Below, in pieces: positions 40,330 to 52,983 of a DNA stretch of 64,000 nucleotides. The DNA comes from Octopus vulgaris. Taxonomy: Eukaryota. Under the pieces are notes generated by a model. That model saw only the letters and a list, made by a program, of their open reading frames with translations, did no database searches and was not told the origin of the DNA. The stretch covers positions 110,174,001-110,238,000 of the forward strand of contig OX597823.1 of assembly GCA_951406725.2 (NCBI GenBank), given 5' to 3'. Made by a program: the position numbers and the translations under genes. Position 1 is the first letter of the stretch; every line of letters begins with the position of its first letter.

Positions 40330-40740
40330 AGCTATGGTAATATATGCGTTGGTCATTGTAGATTCTGTGTTGCTCACTCATGACCATCGGCCAACTTTCT
40401 TTTCCTAAATTCAGTTTCTTTCTTTCTTTTCTTCTGATCAGCTACAATAGATAAGACGCATCTTTGTCGGTCTCCTGTCAAATCTTGTTTCTCTAGCGTT
40501 CGCCACTTCACATCGTCATGGCTTAACATACCTTACTATTTTCACTGTCCTGTTTTTGTTATCAACTTTGACCCTCCGCAAATCTCAAATCCTATTTAAT
40601 TTGCTTTGCGGGGGCAACTGTTTTGACGAACGCCGCACATCTTGTCATAAATGCTCGAAATGTGGAGTAGATAAAACAGCCGACAACTGACGAAGGGTCG
40701 TTCTTTATGTTGCTTCTCTTGTTAGAAGCATAGAAGCATA
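40330..40740 (+). mobile_element. Penelope-like element 3' end / pseudo-LTR remnant
   Basis: '..ATSHRHGLN' (~40502-40528) resembles the terminal GLN motif of the PLE GIY-YIG domain; 40490-40715 is homologous to the reverse complement of 46020-46255. Confidence 0.5.
40636..40698 (+). ncRNA. Non-circularly permuted hammerhead ribozyme (predicted cleavage after C40641)
   Basis: caca-TC-ttgtc-ataaat-gctc-GAAA-tgtg-(17 nt)-gacaa-CTGACGA-a-gggt; all core nucleotides and three stems present. Confidence 0.75.
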
Positions 40741-41651
40741 GAAGGTGCTTGTAACGACATGAATACGACATACTAGGGGATACATCTAGGAGCATTGCGG
40801 AACGATTAATGAACACTTGAGACGATATGACGACGAAAAACAGTCCTCCATACTCTACCAACGTGTCAGGGACCAACATGGAGGCAACATGGGTCAACTT
40901 GACATCCACATCTTATCCAAGCACCCAAGGGACCCAACACTCTGACAAATACGTGAGTACGTTCTCATAAATGTATCTTCCCCAATACTAAATAGGAAAT
41001 ATACATAGTATATATACTAGATATCATACACCCCATATCCACAGTTTACACAGGTAGAGAAGAATAGTTAGTGGACTGTTATGAGATAGATGTATGTGTG
41101 TGTGTATGTGTATGTGTGTGTGTGTATATGTATATAAGCATATGGATATGAAAGTAAACAGATCAACATGCAGACGGATAGATACATAGGTTATATGAAC
41201 AGAGAAGCACACATATGTAGATGCACATCCATACATACAAACACGGTACGTAGTTGCAAAACACACACACACAAACTCAGACATGCACACATAAGGAGAC
41301 ATGGATACACACACACATATACAAACACACACACACACACACACATACATAAAAACACACAAATACGGACACATGAATATGCAGAACACAAAATACAAAT
41401 ATACGCACATACATACATATATACATATGTACGCACACACATACATACATACATACACGCACATACGTGCATATATACATACATGTGTAGGCATACACAC
41501 ACACGAACGCACTAACATGCGCACAAACAAACCAAAAGAACGCAGTGTGAACAACGGACAGAGTCAGAACTATTGAAAAGGTTTTAAGAAGCAACGGAAA
41601 TTTTAGAAAAGCAAAAATGTAAGAAGTGGAAATTTTACCGGTGAGTGTATA

Positions 41652-41862
41652 TATGTAAATGTTTGAGTGTCTGTGTTTGTCCCTCCCCACTATCGTTTGA
41701 CAACCGATGTTGGTGTGTTTATGTCACCGTAACTTAAGGGTCCGGCAAAAGAGACCGATTGAATACGTACTAGGCGTACATAGAATAAGTCCTGGGGTCG
41801 ATTTGTCCGATTAAAGGCGGCGGTCTAGCATGACCGCAGTTAAATGGGTGAAACAAGTAATA
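41652..41862 (+). mobile_element. CORE-SINE 3' half
   Basis: Matches the 3' portion of the 24495 family. Confidence 0.75.
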
Positions 41863-41889
41863 AATATATATATACATGTATATATATAT

Positions 41890-41920
<31 letters not shown>

Positions 41921-41978
41921 GGAGAGATATACATATATATATACATACATACATATATATATATATATACATGTATAC

Positions 41979-42074
<96 letters not shown>

Positions 42075-42941
42075 GTATATATACATATATATACATATTT
42101 GTTTATGTGTATGTGTTAGATGGGACTCGACACATTATTCGTCTACAAACTTCCATTCACAAGGTGTCGGTCAAGCAGTATGAATATCTAGCACTATAAA
42201 TATCTGTACGAAGCGAACAATCCATCATAAACCCAACCAACCATTGTTTTATTGATAAAGTAAGTGTGTTAAATATATTTGATAATCACTGTTTCTCCTC
42301 ATCGATAGCAGCCATTATGAAATTATGAAGACATTGTGATTGGTTGGTGGATATTTTGGCAAAATTACCGGCGTATCTATGACAGATTTCTGGCATATCA
42401 CAGACACTTACTCCTACTTTTGTAGAAATTCTATCCATCACAAGTATTACATCACATTACAAATACCCAAAGAAAAAATAAAAGAAAGCAAAACAATAGA
42501 AACATAAATTAATTGAAAAAACAAAAATAAGATAAAAAATATTTTCCCGATAAATGTTTCCAGTTAATTATTTTTATCCTCATAATTGATAGTCTACTTC
42601 TGGTTATGTTTTTTGTGCTGTTTTTTTTTGTTGTTCCTAGTTTTGATTATTTCATGTTTATTAGTTTAGTGTTGCTGTTGTTGTTGTAGTTGCTATGGTG
42701 GTGGATATGGTGGCTGTGGTGGTGATAGTGGTGGTGGTGGTGGTGGTGGTGTTTGTGATGATGAGGGGTAGTGGTGACTGCGGTATTGGTATTCTTTTAC
42801 ATCATGTTACTTATGATCAACAAAGCATTCCAATCCTGGCCAACCTGTCTTTTTAGGAGACGTGGGCAGACTTTGTCTAATATACTCTTCCTTTATTTAA
42901 GGCGATTGTAAAACCCGACGCCTTATAACGAAAACCATTCG

Positions 42942-42981
<40 letters not shown>

Positions 42982-43089
42982 CATGTGTGTATATAAGTGA
43001 CTGTGTCTCTATTAATTTGTCTGTCTTTTTTGCTCTCCTTTTCTCTGTGTGTATATATATATATATATGTCAACACATATGTCTACACA

Positions 43090-43291
43090 GCGGTGAGCTG
43101 GCAGAATCGTTAGCACGCCGGGCGAAATGAGTCGCCGTATTTCGTCTACCGTTACGTTATGAGTTTCAAAATTCGACTTTGCCTTTCATCCTTTCGGGGT
43201 CAGTAAATAAAGTACCAGTTAGGCACTGGGGTCGATGTAATCGACTTAATCCCTTTGCTTGTTCCCTTGTGGGCAATAAATAAATAAATAT
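43090..43291 (+). mobile_element. Meta-like SINE monomer with 13-bp TSD
   Basis: TSD 'atatgtctacaca' at 43077-43089 and 43292-43304; ends cccttgtgggc(aata)n. Confidence 0.85.
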
Positions 43292-43371
43292 ATATGTCTA
43301 CACACACTAACACATCGAAACACACAGGCACACACATACAAACATGTATTAATATATGTATAAATGTATAC

Positions 43372-43402
<31 letters not shown>

Positions 43403-43757
43403 TAGATAGATAGATGGATAGATGGATAGATAGTTAGATAGATATGTATATATATATGTGTGTGTGTGTGCATGTGTGGTTATATGTAGAGATACAGACA
43501 CAAACATATATATATACATACATATATATATATATATATTTATACACACACACACACAGACAGATACACAGACAGACAGAAACAAAGATACATACACTCA
43601 CACACATATACATATACATAAATACATATGTGTGTGGGTGTGCATGTATCTCTCTCTCTTTCTGTCTGTCTATCTATCTGTTTATATATATATGTGTGTG
43701 TGTGTGTGCTTGTATCTCTACATAAACATATATATGTATATGTACAAACACACACTC

Positions 43758-43801
<44 letters not shown>

Positions 43802-44548
43802 GCATGTATATATATACACACATATTGATAGACAGACAGACAGACAGATTGACTGATTGACAGACATATAAATATAATAGACAGATAAATAGATTCATAC
43901 ATACATATACGAACAATAAAAATCAACCACCACTGCTAACACAAACATCTGTATGTTTGTATATCATCTGCGTTGTATATCCCAGGGTATAGGCATATGT
44001 GTGTGTGTGTCTGTGTGTGTGTGAGTGTGTGTGTGAGTGCGTGCGTGTTTGTGCGTGTGTGTGTGTGCCTTTATACCTGCAGTATGTAAATATACTACGT
44101 TGTACGCGCAGTACATGGCAGCAGTCATAGTAGGGGAGATAACTCTATACGTTACGGACTTTCTTTTGCATTAGCAGACTGCTTCAACGACGATTAATAA
44201 AGAAGCATGAACGTGTATATAAATATAATTAGCTGAATTGTATAGGTGTTCTCATACATATATACCTACATGCATACATACATACATACATACATGCATA
44301 CATACATACACAAACGTACATACATACATACATACATACATACATACGTACATATATTTATGTATATATGCATATTTACACGTATCTATGTATATATATT
44401 TATAGATATATATATATATACGTATGTGTATTTACGTGTGCACGCGTAAACATTTCAGTGATATGTGTGTGTGAGTGTGTATATCCGCGTGTGTGTGTGT
44501 GTGCTTATGCGCGTGTGTATGTGTGTGTGTGTGTTTTCTGTGTGTAAA

Positions 44549-44652
44549 AGCGCGTGGCTTAGTTTTAGGCGTATTCAGCTCTTAATCGTGAGATCGTGGT
44601 TTCGATATCGAAACTGGCCGCACCATGTGTCCTTGACGGAAACACTTCACAT
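44549..44652 (+). mobile_element. Truncated tRNA head plus CORE SINE fragment (family of 51997-52248)
   Basis: 'gcgcgtggcttag...gtggtttcgat...gtgtccttga...acacttca'. Confidence 0.6.
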
Positions 44653-44738
44653 ACTGTATGTTCAATATATATATACTCATACATATTTATATCTTTATCT
44701 ATCTATACATAAATGTCGATAAATATATAGACAGATAT

Positions 44739-45145
44739 CTCTTTTACTCTTTTACTTGTTTCAGTCATTTTACTGCGGCCATGCTGGAGCACCGCCTTTA
44801 GTCGAGCAAATCGACCCCCGGACTTATTCTTTGTAAGCCCAGTGCTTATTCTATCGGTCTCTTTTGCCGAACCGCTAAGTGACGGGGACGTAAACACACC
44901 AGCATCGGTTGTCTAGCAATGCTAGGGGGACAAACACAGACACACAAACATATAAACACACCTACATATATATACATATATACGACAGGCTTCTTTCAGT
45001 TCCCGTCTACCAAATCCACTCACAAGTTATTGGTCGGCCCGGGGCTATAGCAGAAGAAACTTACCCAAGATGCCACGCAGTGGGACTGAACCCGGAACCA
45101 TGTGGTTGGTTAGCAAGCTACTTGCCACACAGCCACTCCTGCGCC
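44739..45145 (-). mobile_element. CORE-SINE copy
   Basis: Same family as 24495-24896. Confidence 0.9.
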
Positions 45146-45219
45146 TCCACGTAAGATATATATATATAGTAATTAAATATCTATCTAGTTGTCTCTCAGT
45201 ATGCATATCTACGTATATA

Positions 45220-45265
<46 letters not shown>

Positions 45266-45267
<2 letters not shown>

Positions 45268-45466
45268 GTGACAATTATTCGGCAGCCATGACAAATCTCC
45301 GTGTTTCGGAAGTCGAGGTGGAAATCGACGCCGCCATCTCTGCAGTTATCCGGCCGTCGGAAAAACGCTATCCGATGGCTGAATAACTGAAGAGATGGCG
45401 GCGTGGATTTCCACATCGGCATCCGAAACTCGGAGTTTTATCATGGCTACAGAATAATTGTCACAT
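45266..45466. mobile_element. 201-bp palindromic element with a hammerhead motif in each arm
   Basis: atgtgacaattattc...gaataattgtcacat; near-perfect ~95-bp arms with a short loop. Confidence 0.85.
45383..45441 (+). ncRNA. Type-I hammerhead motif in the right arm of the palindrome
   Basis: ataa-CTGAAGA-gatg..gtgg/ccac..catc-c-GAAA-ctc-g-gag-TT-ttat. Confidence 0.6.
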
Positions 45467-45557
45467 TTTACATTATCAGAAAAATTCCTCTAGTTACATA
45501 ATATCGAGGTCTCTTTCTTTCTTGTGTTACGTTACCGTTTTTATCAATACACACACA

Positions 45558-45652
<95 letters not shown>

Positions 45653-45774
45653 TAGGTAAAAGTTATTTCCTAGATTTGATCCCATAGATGCCTGGGAATT
45701 GTGTGGCTGGACGTGAAACCAAGGGTAATCCCATAAACTGGCCCTATATATTATATTATCTGTCTGTCTATACA

Positions 45775-45822
<48 letters not shown>

Positions 45823-45904
45823 ATATATAAGTATTTGCATATATGCATATATACATACATATATGTATATACGTACATATATATCTATGTATATACTTGT
45901 ATAT

Positions 45905-46257
45905 GTGTGTACAGGACATAAAAAACGTAGACAAAATGAGAAACGAGAACATAAAGAACATAAACATATAAAAGGAACTTTTTTTCGAACCACGGATAAA
46001 ACAATCAGAGAAACGAGACTTGCAACATAGGAACATTCCCTTCATCAGTTGTCCCCATAAGTTGTCCGCGTTTCGAAGGTAGGGACAAGACGCGACATTG
46101 TTAAAACAGTCCTTCCCGCAAAGGGAAGTAGAAACATTTGGAATTTTCTGCCGTGAGGTGGAAGTGGTAACAAAAGCAGGCCAGTGAGAACAAAACAGTA
46201 AAAACAAACGGTGAGGGCTGTTAAGCCAAGACGATGTGAAGTGGAAAACGCTGGATA

Positions 46258-46260
<3 letters not shown>
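45905..46260 (-). mobile_element. Penelope-like pseudo-LTR copy between (TA)n tracts
   Basis: Homologous to 40490-40715 in the opposite orientation. Confidence 0.6.
46038..46097 (-). ncRNA. Non-circularly permuted hammerhead ribozyme (predicted cleavage between 46089 and 46088)
   Basis: Minus strand: tgtcgcg-TC-ttgtccc-ta-ccttc-GAAA-cgcggaca-acttatg-gggacaa-CTGATGA-a-ggg. Confidence 0.75.
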
Positions 46261-46297
<37 letters not shown>

Positions 46298-46367
46298 AAT
46301 ACTAAATTTCTAAATCTCTCGTAGAGACATGTACGGTGGTGGGGCGATATTGACAGTATACAACCAT

Positions 46368-46424
<57 letters not shown>

Positions 46425-46554
46425 GCATATCGGTGTGAGGAGGAGTGGTCGCAATGCACAGAAGTGAGCGAACACAGGGAATCACCATGTTAATTTTCAG
46501 TTCATAACTTTATCAAACTCAGAGTTCATGATGTTAGCGAAGTAGTTGACTCTT

Positions 46555-46702
46555 GTCGTCAGTAGTTCAAATTCTGCCGTGGTCGACTTTGCTTTTCATC
46601 ATTTCAGGGTCGATAAATTAAGTACCAGTTGCGTACTGGGGTCGATCTAATCGACTGGTACCCTTCCCCCAAATGTTGTGCCTTGTGCCTAGAGTAGAAA
46701 AG
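46555..46702 (+). mobile_element. Meta-like SINE terminal unit
   Basis: Matches the third unit and tail of the 15787 and 48209 copies. Confidence 0.8.
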
Positions 46703-48208
46703 TTTTATTGGTGATGCGCAAACATGCGCCATCTTCAATAGATATTTCTACTGCAACATCAATCAAATGCGAAACTTCATAGCATGAATGAAAAATCTGG
46801 CACGGATTGGACCCTGGCTAAATTAAACGACCCTAAACTTTCGATATAACTGATTGGAAGCTGCCCTAACTGGAGTCACTTTAGTTCCCGTCTACCCGAA
46901 CTGGATAACCGCTATATACAGCGATATCTACTTGGTAATTCAAGTGAATGTTTTACCTACTTGAAACATTTATGAAGCATTTAGTATCATGCGGAAGATC
47001 TGTGTTGACATATGCGACATGAAGTTGATCACTAAGTGCGTCAAGTTGATGAGCACCACACTATGGGGTTACGATATAGTAACTAAACTAAACTGAAAGG
47101 TCGGTGAAACAGAAACGTCACCTGGAGGGGCAGTTCCATTCGATCCAACAGCATTGTACGACACTGGAGTGATGGGTCAGATAAGTTACTCGGCGTCTGG
47201 TTTGGTCGGGTACAGATCTCTTTGTAGAGAATAATTTGGATGAAGTGACGAGGTTGAATGGCCAGTCCCAATCAGACATGGGCCTGGATATCCATGAAAT
47301 GCTGGAGCGATATGACGAATGCTTTTATAGTTTCTGTTATTTATTACTTCCTGACCGGCATGTGTTACCAAATCGATTCATTGGTTCTTCCGATTTTAAT
47401 GGAAAGGACGCATTCTATTGGTTAGGAACTCCACTTACTGCCATTATCTTCTACGTAGTGAACTGGGCATATGTGGCTGATGGTCTACATGCGTGTGTCC
47501 AAAGCTGCTAAAATTAAAGCGTTTCACTGACAATGTTTTCCGTTTTGTCAGAAGCATTTTTCTACAACTCGCTTTTTTTGACAGAGCCACAATCCAAAGT
47601 CAAGCAAAGACAAAGAGAGACAGCTTGGAATCTGGAAATATCGGCAACCACTCAAAGGTTTCCGCCACTCGAGCAATGCGATAGGTGGAATCCGCATGCG
47701 TGTGTTTTATAATTATTTAGAGGAAAAGTGACGTATATCTCCTGGAAATTTAGAGCGTAGGTGAAATTTTATTCGTCTGTTCTAGAAAACTTGCTGGTCG
47801 GCATAATTTCTAGTAAATCTTGGCCTAGGAGAGCAGCTCTGACTAATAATTAGCGACTCTATTCACAGAGAAGTGTCGTCAGATCAGCCGATCAGAAATA
47901 CGTGGAGTATCGGTTATGGTATGCTGTTATCTCGATTTATTATTTCAACATAGTTTGTATCAGCTTCGTACGTTGTCACTTCATTGTATAGAGAGAATTG
48001 TTGTTCATGTTTAATTAATACATTCATTAGCCTAATACTCTTTGTTTCTCAGTATTTAGAACCTCTCTGATTTTCTATCAAAAAGTTTCACTCCAGCCCC
48101 CAAATTACTTTCTTATAGATGTTATATATGACTCGTATGATTAATATACGCTTAACTAATATATATAAGTTCTAGCATTAAATCCAGATTTTAATATTAC
48201 TCTAACTC

Positions 48209-48791
48209 AAGGCGGCGAGCTTGGCAGGATCGTTAGCACGCCGGGTTAAATGCTTAGGAATATTTCGTTTGTCATTACTTTGTGGGTGCAAATTCCGCCG
48301 AGGTCGACTTTGCCTTTCATATTTTCGGGGTCGATAAATTAGCACCAGTTACGCACTAGGGTCGATGTAATCGACTTAATACCTATGTCTGTCCTTGTTT
48401 GTCCCCTCTATGTTTAACCCCTTGTGGGTAATAAAGAAATAAGTATTTCGTCTGCCATTACGTTCTGAGTTCAAATTCCGCCGAGGTCGACTTTGCCTTT
48501 CATCCTTTCGGGGTCGATATATCAAGTATCACTTATGCACTGGAGTCGATATAATCAACTTAATCCGTTTGTCTGTCCTTGTTTGTTCTCCCTGTGTTTA
48601 GCCTCTTTTGGGTAGTAAAGAAATAGGTATTTCGTCTGTCTTTACGTTCTGGGTTCAAATTCCGCCGAGGTCGACTTTTCCTTTCATCCTTTCGGAGTCG
48701 ATAAAGTAAATACCAGTTGCGTACTGGGGTCGATCTAATCGACTGGTATCCCTCTCCCTAAATTTCGGGGCTTGTGCCTAGAGTAGAAAAG
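48209..48791 (+). mobile_element. Trimeric Meta-like SINE with 16-bp TSD
   Basis: TSD 'aatattactctaactc' at 48193-48208 and 48792-48807; head plus three units. Confidence 0.9.
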
Positions 48792-48879
48792 AATATTACT
48801 CTAACTCGTCTATAGTATTATTTCCTAATTTTCGTTTTCATTTCTATACGCTGTATTTTAACTCTTTCCTCTACTCCCA

Positions 48880-49900
48880 AATAGAGATGGTTGCAATTCA
48901 ATTATCTGATTCAGTTTCTGTGTCTCGTATTATAAACTCGGTACTGATTAATGCCTCTTCTGAAAGCACACTTGTCTAATCCGATAGTCATTTTTATGTC
49001 ATTACTGCATGTATAAACAATCTTCTAGGTTTTCTACCTTGATGGTTTGTTTCTTCCTATCAAAAATTTTGCAGTCGTTCAAATAGAGGAAATCATTTAT
49101 ATTTTGTTCATAAATTTCTGCACGTAAGATTGTAAATGATTTCAAAGCATGATCAAAACGTAGGGGATGGAAAACAAATCTCCTTCGAAATTTTCTCTTC
49201 TAACGCGTGCTGGGGAGGTTTGAATGGTCTTTTCCTCATTTGTAATATTACGTGAGTTTTCGACTTCCTCATCACTTCACTGGTCTATTCAGAGGTGTTG
49301 GGGCTACATTATGCTCAGTAACTCCAGCACCTATGGGTGGGTGTTTGATGCTATCGAAAGCCTCCTAGAATTCAACATGAGCTTTGCCGATTTTTTGTTT
49401 TCTTCTTTTAGAAACCATAGGGGAAAATGTTAAAGCCATTTTTATTTTTCCGGTAAAATATTATTGATTTCAATATATGTAATTAGACGAATGTACTTAT
49501 GTCGTCAGTAAGTATCTTATAGGGCTTTAATTTTCTGGGTGCCTGGCATGTTTTTTCTTTTCTTTCTTTTTATTTTTTTTATTTTTGAAGAGGAGGACGT
49601 TAGAATGGCATTTCTCCTCCAGCATCGAGTCCGTTCTTGATTGTTTCAGCTATCGGTACTGGTAAAGTGTTTTCGCCAGAAGCTGGGGACCATGTCTATT
49701 TCTGGTATATACCAGTAGGAAGCAGTTCTCAAAGTGATTTTTCTTCTTGGTGATCTTTGGCGATGTCTGCCGTCCTATTGTGTATTATCTTCCTCTCGTA
49801 TTCTTATCCATTGTGTACTGTTGGTGAGTAAGTAGTTTTTTCTGCTGCATATATGCTTCCAGTATATCTTAACTTCTAATGCTGTTGGGGTGGTTTCTAT
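48880..49900 (-). mobile_element. Decayed RTE-like RT fragment
   Basis: Minus-strand remnants VEF*EAFDSIKH (~49350) and IGLDK/GxRQ-like (~48975). Confidence 0.45.
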
Positions 49901-49989
49901 TGCAATGATGTTTTTATTACTGTAGAAATATTTAACATTTACATTAAATGCTTTATTAGTAGAATAATTAATAGGCTGGACAAAAGTGT

Positions 49990-50150
49990 TGGGCGACATT
50001 TCGCTCGTCTTTACGCACTGGGTTAAAATTCCGCCAAGGTCGACTTTGCCTTTCATCCTTCTGGGGTCCAATAAATAAATACTATTTGAGCACTGTGGCC
50101 ACTGTAATCGATTAGATATTCCTCTAAGAAAGATATTCTGGCCTTGAGCT
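49990..50150 (+). mobile_element. Decayed Meta-like SINE
   Basis: 'aaattccgccaaggtcgactttgcctttcatccttctggggtc'. Confidence 0.7.
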
Positions 50151-50329
50151 TATTGTATATCGGATTATTATTTGGCATCTGGAATATTGTTCTGCTAGTT
50201 AAGTAATGTGATCGATAGACTTTCGACGCTTGCTATATACGTGAATCTAATTGGTGATAAGAGCGAGAACGTTCTCAAGGACACTCTATGAGGATGAACT
50301 AGCTGGTCTCTTTGGGTGAAGTTTCAGGC

Positions 50330-50760
50330 CCAGTACTAGCATGGATAACTTATAGGAATCCCTGGCATGGCAGTGCTACTGAGAATCACCAACGGTTCAA
50401 GGTAAACTCAACAGGCACAGATTCACTGCTAGGCTGCACTGTTCAAGATGCGCACAGTGCGACGAAACCGTTCTGCATGCACTCGTGCAGTGTCCAAGTA
50501 TAGCTAACTTGTGGTATTTCTTCGAACAGTTGTTATCGTATGAGGGCCAAATCAGCATATCGGCCGAATCCATTGTGAGGACCACCCACCTTTTAACAAG
50601 GCAAGGCAGGTGGTGTTCCTTTGTCCAGGGCTTATGGCGAAAGGAATTGTGAGGTGGACGAGGCAGATAAGATTGAATAAAAGATACCTTTCTCTTCGGT
50701 CAAGCTCTCATCGGCTTGTTTGAATTCCACTAGGAAAGAAAAGTTAGATGGAGTGTTAGG
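50330..50760 (+). mobile_element. L1/Tx1-like ORF2 C-terminal zinc-knuckle fragment
   Basis: Translates CSRCAQCDETVLHALVQCPSIANLWYFFEQLL (CCHC zf-RVT pattern). Confidence 0.7.
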
Positions 50761-50944
50761 ATGGACACAGAAACTGAACCAGATAATTAAATTGCAATCA
50801 ACTACATAATTCAGTACTTTGCAGTGAATGTATGAAAATATGAGTGACTATGGTGAAAATCGTTAGCGTGGCCCTACTCTAAGCAGATGCCTATAGGAGG
50901 ATCGACTTCCCAAGGACTGGGATAAATGAAACTTGGTATAATTA

Positions 50945-51480
50945 TTAGTCCTTGTCTACATAGCCATCACCAATGGTGACACATTTCTCCCATCGCTTTA
51001 TGCAGTTGAGAAGACCTCACGTGTAGAAGTCGATGTCATCATCATCCGAAAATGCTTCCCCTTCAAAAATACTTTATTGTTGGAAAACGGTGGAAGTGAG
51101 ATGGTGCGAGGTCGGAAGAGTAAGGGGAATGAGTAAGGATTTCATAGCCGCAAGAGTGTGCATTCATCTGGGCAACATGCACGTTGTGAACTTGGGTGTT
51201 TTCTAGGAGAAGGCGAACTCCGTTGGTCAGCATGCCACGTCTCTCTGCGTTGATGGCATCCGCAATTTATGCAGCAGGGAAGTTACCTGTGGTGCCCTCT
51301 GCTAGAAAATCCTTCATCACTACTCCGCGGTGGTCCAAAAAGACTATAAGCCTTACCTTTCCTGCTAAAGGTTGGACACGAACCTTCTTTGGAGGTGGCA
51401 ACGTCATCAACTTTCTCGTTGATATTTCCTCCTTAGTCCATTTGGGGATGGATGCACCATATCTGACCACCACAACTGCC
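50945..51480 (-). mobile_element. Mariner transposase fragment
   Basis: PPPKKVRVQPLAGKVRLIVFLDHRGVV..; HSPYSSDLAPSHF (YSPDLAP motif); RWEKCVTIGDGYVDK. Confidence 0.85.
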
Positions 51481-52860
51481 TAGATATTCATTGGAGTAAT
51501 GAAAGTTTTGGCATTGAGACTGGATTTCAACTCCATCTTCACCCTTTTCTGATACGCCTCGTTGACCTTGACTTTCATTTCTCTGTGTAGAATGTCATCC
51601 AGCTTCAAAATACCTAAATGTCTATACCCACTACCGTCGAGTTCACCCATGGTCTCGCCTGATGGTAACTGCAATCCCCTGCAGGATGCTTTCTCCCCAC
51701 TTTTCATATTAAGTACTGAGCATTTGGTAATCCCAAATTCCATACCGATGTCCCTAACACACTTCTCGACTGCTTTTAAGGAATCTATCTGCTTTTCACA
51801 TTTCCCAAACAATTTTATGTAATCCATAAACAGAAGATGGTTCAGTTATGGGCTTTTCTTCCCACATCGGCAACTCATCTTAACTTTCCCAGGTATCATT
51901 GTTATGGGTATTAGTACAATTATAAATAATAACGGAGAAAACAAATCACCTTGGAAGATTCCCCTTTTAATAGCAACTTCTTCAATAAATACATTAAAAA
52001 ATAAAATAAATGAGCCCTTTTAAAGCCTAGCCAGGCTCATGGGCCCAGTTTCCCGGTTTCAAAGGCGTATGTGTTCCACAGCTGGACGGGACGCCAGTCC
52101 ATCGCAGCGTTACTCATTTTTGCCAGATGAGTGGACTGGAGCTACGTGAAATGAAGTGTTATGCTCAAGGACGCAACGCGTCCAGGAATCGAAACCACAA
52201 GCTTACGATCATGTTGCTGACACCCTAACCATTAAGCTACGCGCCTTCCCAAGAAATAGATTACTTGAGTACAATTTGGCTTTCCGCTCTTTCGTGCTAT
52301 GCATCAGAAAATTTGTGATGGTGTCAATAACACTAAACATCTGTAGGCATTCAACGCTCCAGGAATGAGTCATCGTATCATTTGCCTTTTTTAAAGTCAA
52401 TCCAAGCCATAAACATATTTGTATGATGTTTTGTTTTTTACAATGCCCTAAGACTGTTTTGTCGATGACCAGGTGATCCTTGGTTTCACGAGAACTCTTC
52501 CTACAACCCTTTTGTTCCTTTGGTAGAGCTTCTTCCTGTGCCAGGAAAGTGTATGTCTTTGCCGCACTTATTCCAGTGAGTATCTTCCCATGCTATGGGA
52601 CGGTAGTTTCCCCACAATATTCCCCTTTCTTCTATCTTTCATTATAAGTGCTGTCCTCCCAGTCACCATCCACGCGAGGACTGTACCTTTCTGAACACAC
52701 TCATTCAATTGAGCTGTTAGTATTTCATGCAGTCTTTCAGCCAGAAGCCATGAATCCCATCTGGTCCGGGGGCTTTCCAGTTAGGCACTTTACCCACTTG
52801 TTCTTTCACATCACCCGTGCTTATGACAATATTCCTTTGTTTCTTTCCTACCTACCTCGG
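51480..52860 (-). mobile_element. R4/Dong-clade RT fragment interrupted by a SINE
   Basis: NWKAPGPDGIHGFWLK..EQKGCRK..KDHLVID..DFKKAND..IKRGIFQGDLFSPLLF..HLLFMDYIKLF..DIGMEFGITKC..YRHLG. Confidence 0.85.
51997..52248 (-). mobile_element. tRNA-derived SINE with CORE-like and V-domain-like segments, nested in the Dong RT
   Basis: Head 'ggcgcgtagcttaatggttagggtg..ggtttcgattcc', CORE-like 'gcgtccttgagcataacactt', V-like 'tgcgatggactggcgtcccgtccag'. Confidence 0.8.
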
Positions 52861-52926
52861 TTGCTTATAGCATTGAGGTAGAACCGGCTACCCCCATTAA
52901 CAAGGACACAGCCCGGATTTAATACA

Positions 52927-52983
<57 letters not shown>

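Noticed and set aside
46950-47760. Possible Tc1/maT transposase remnant on the minus strand
   Set aside because: Only vague motif traces and no identifiable TIRs
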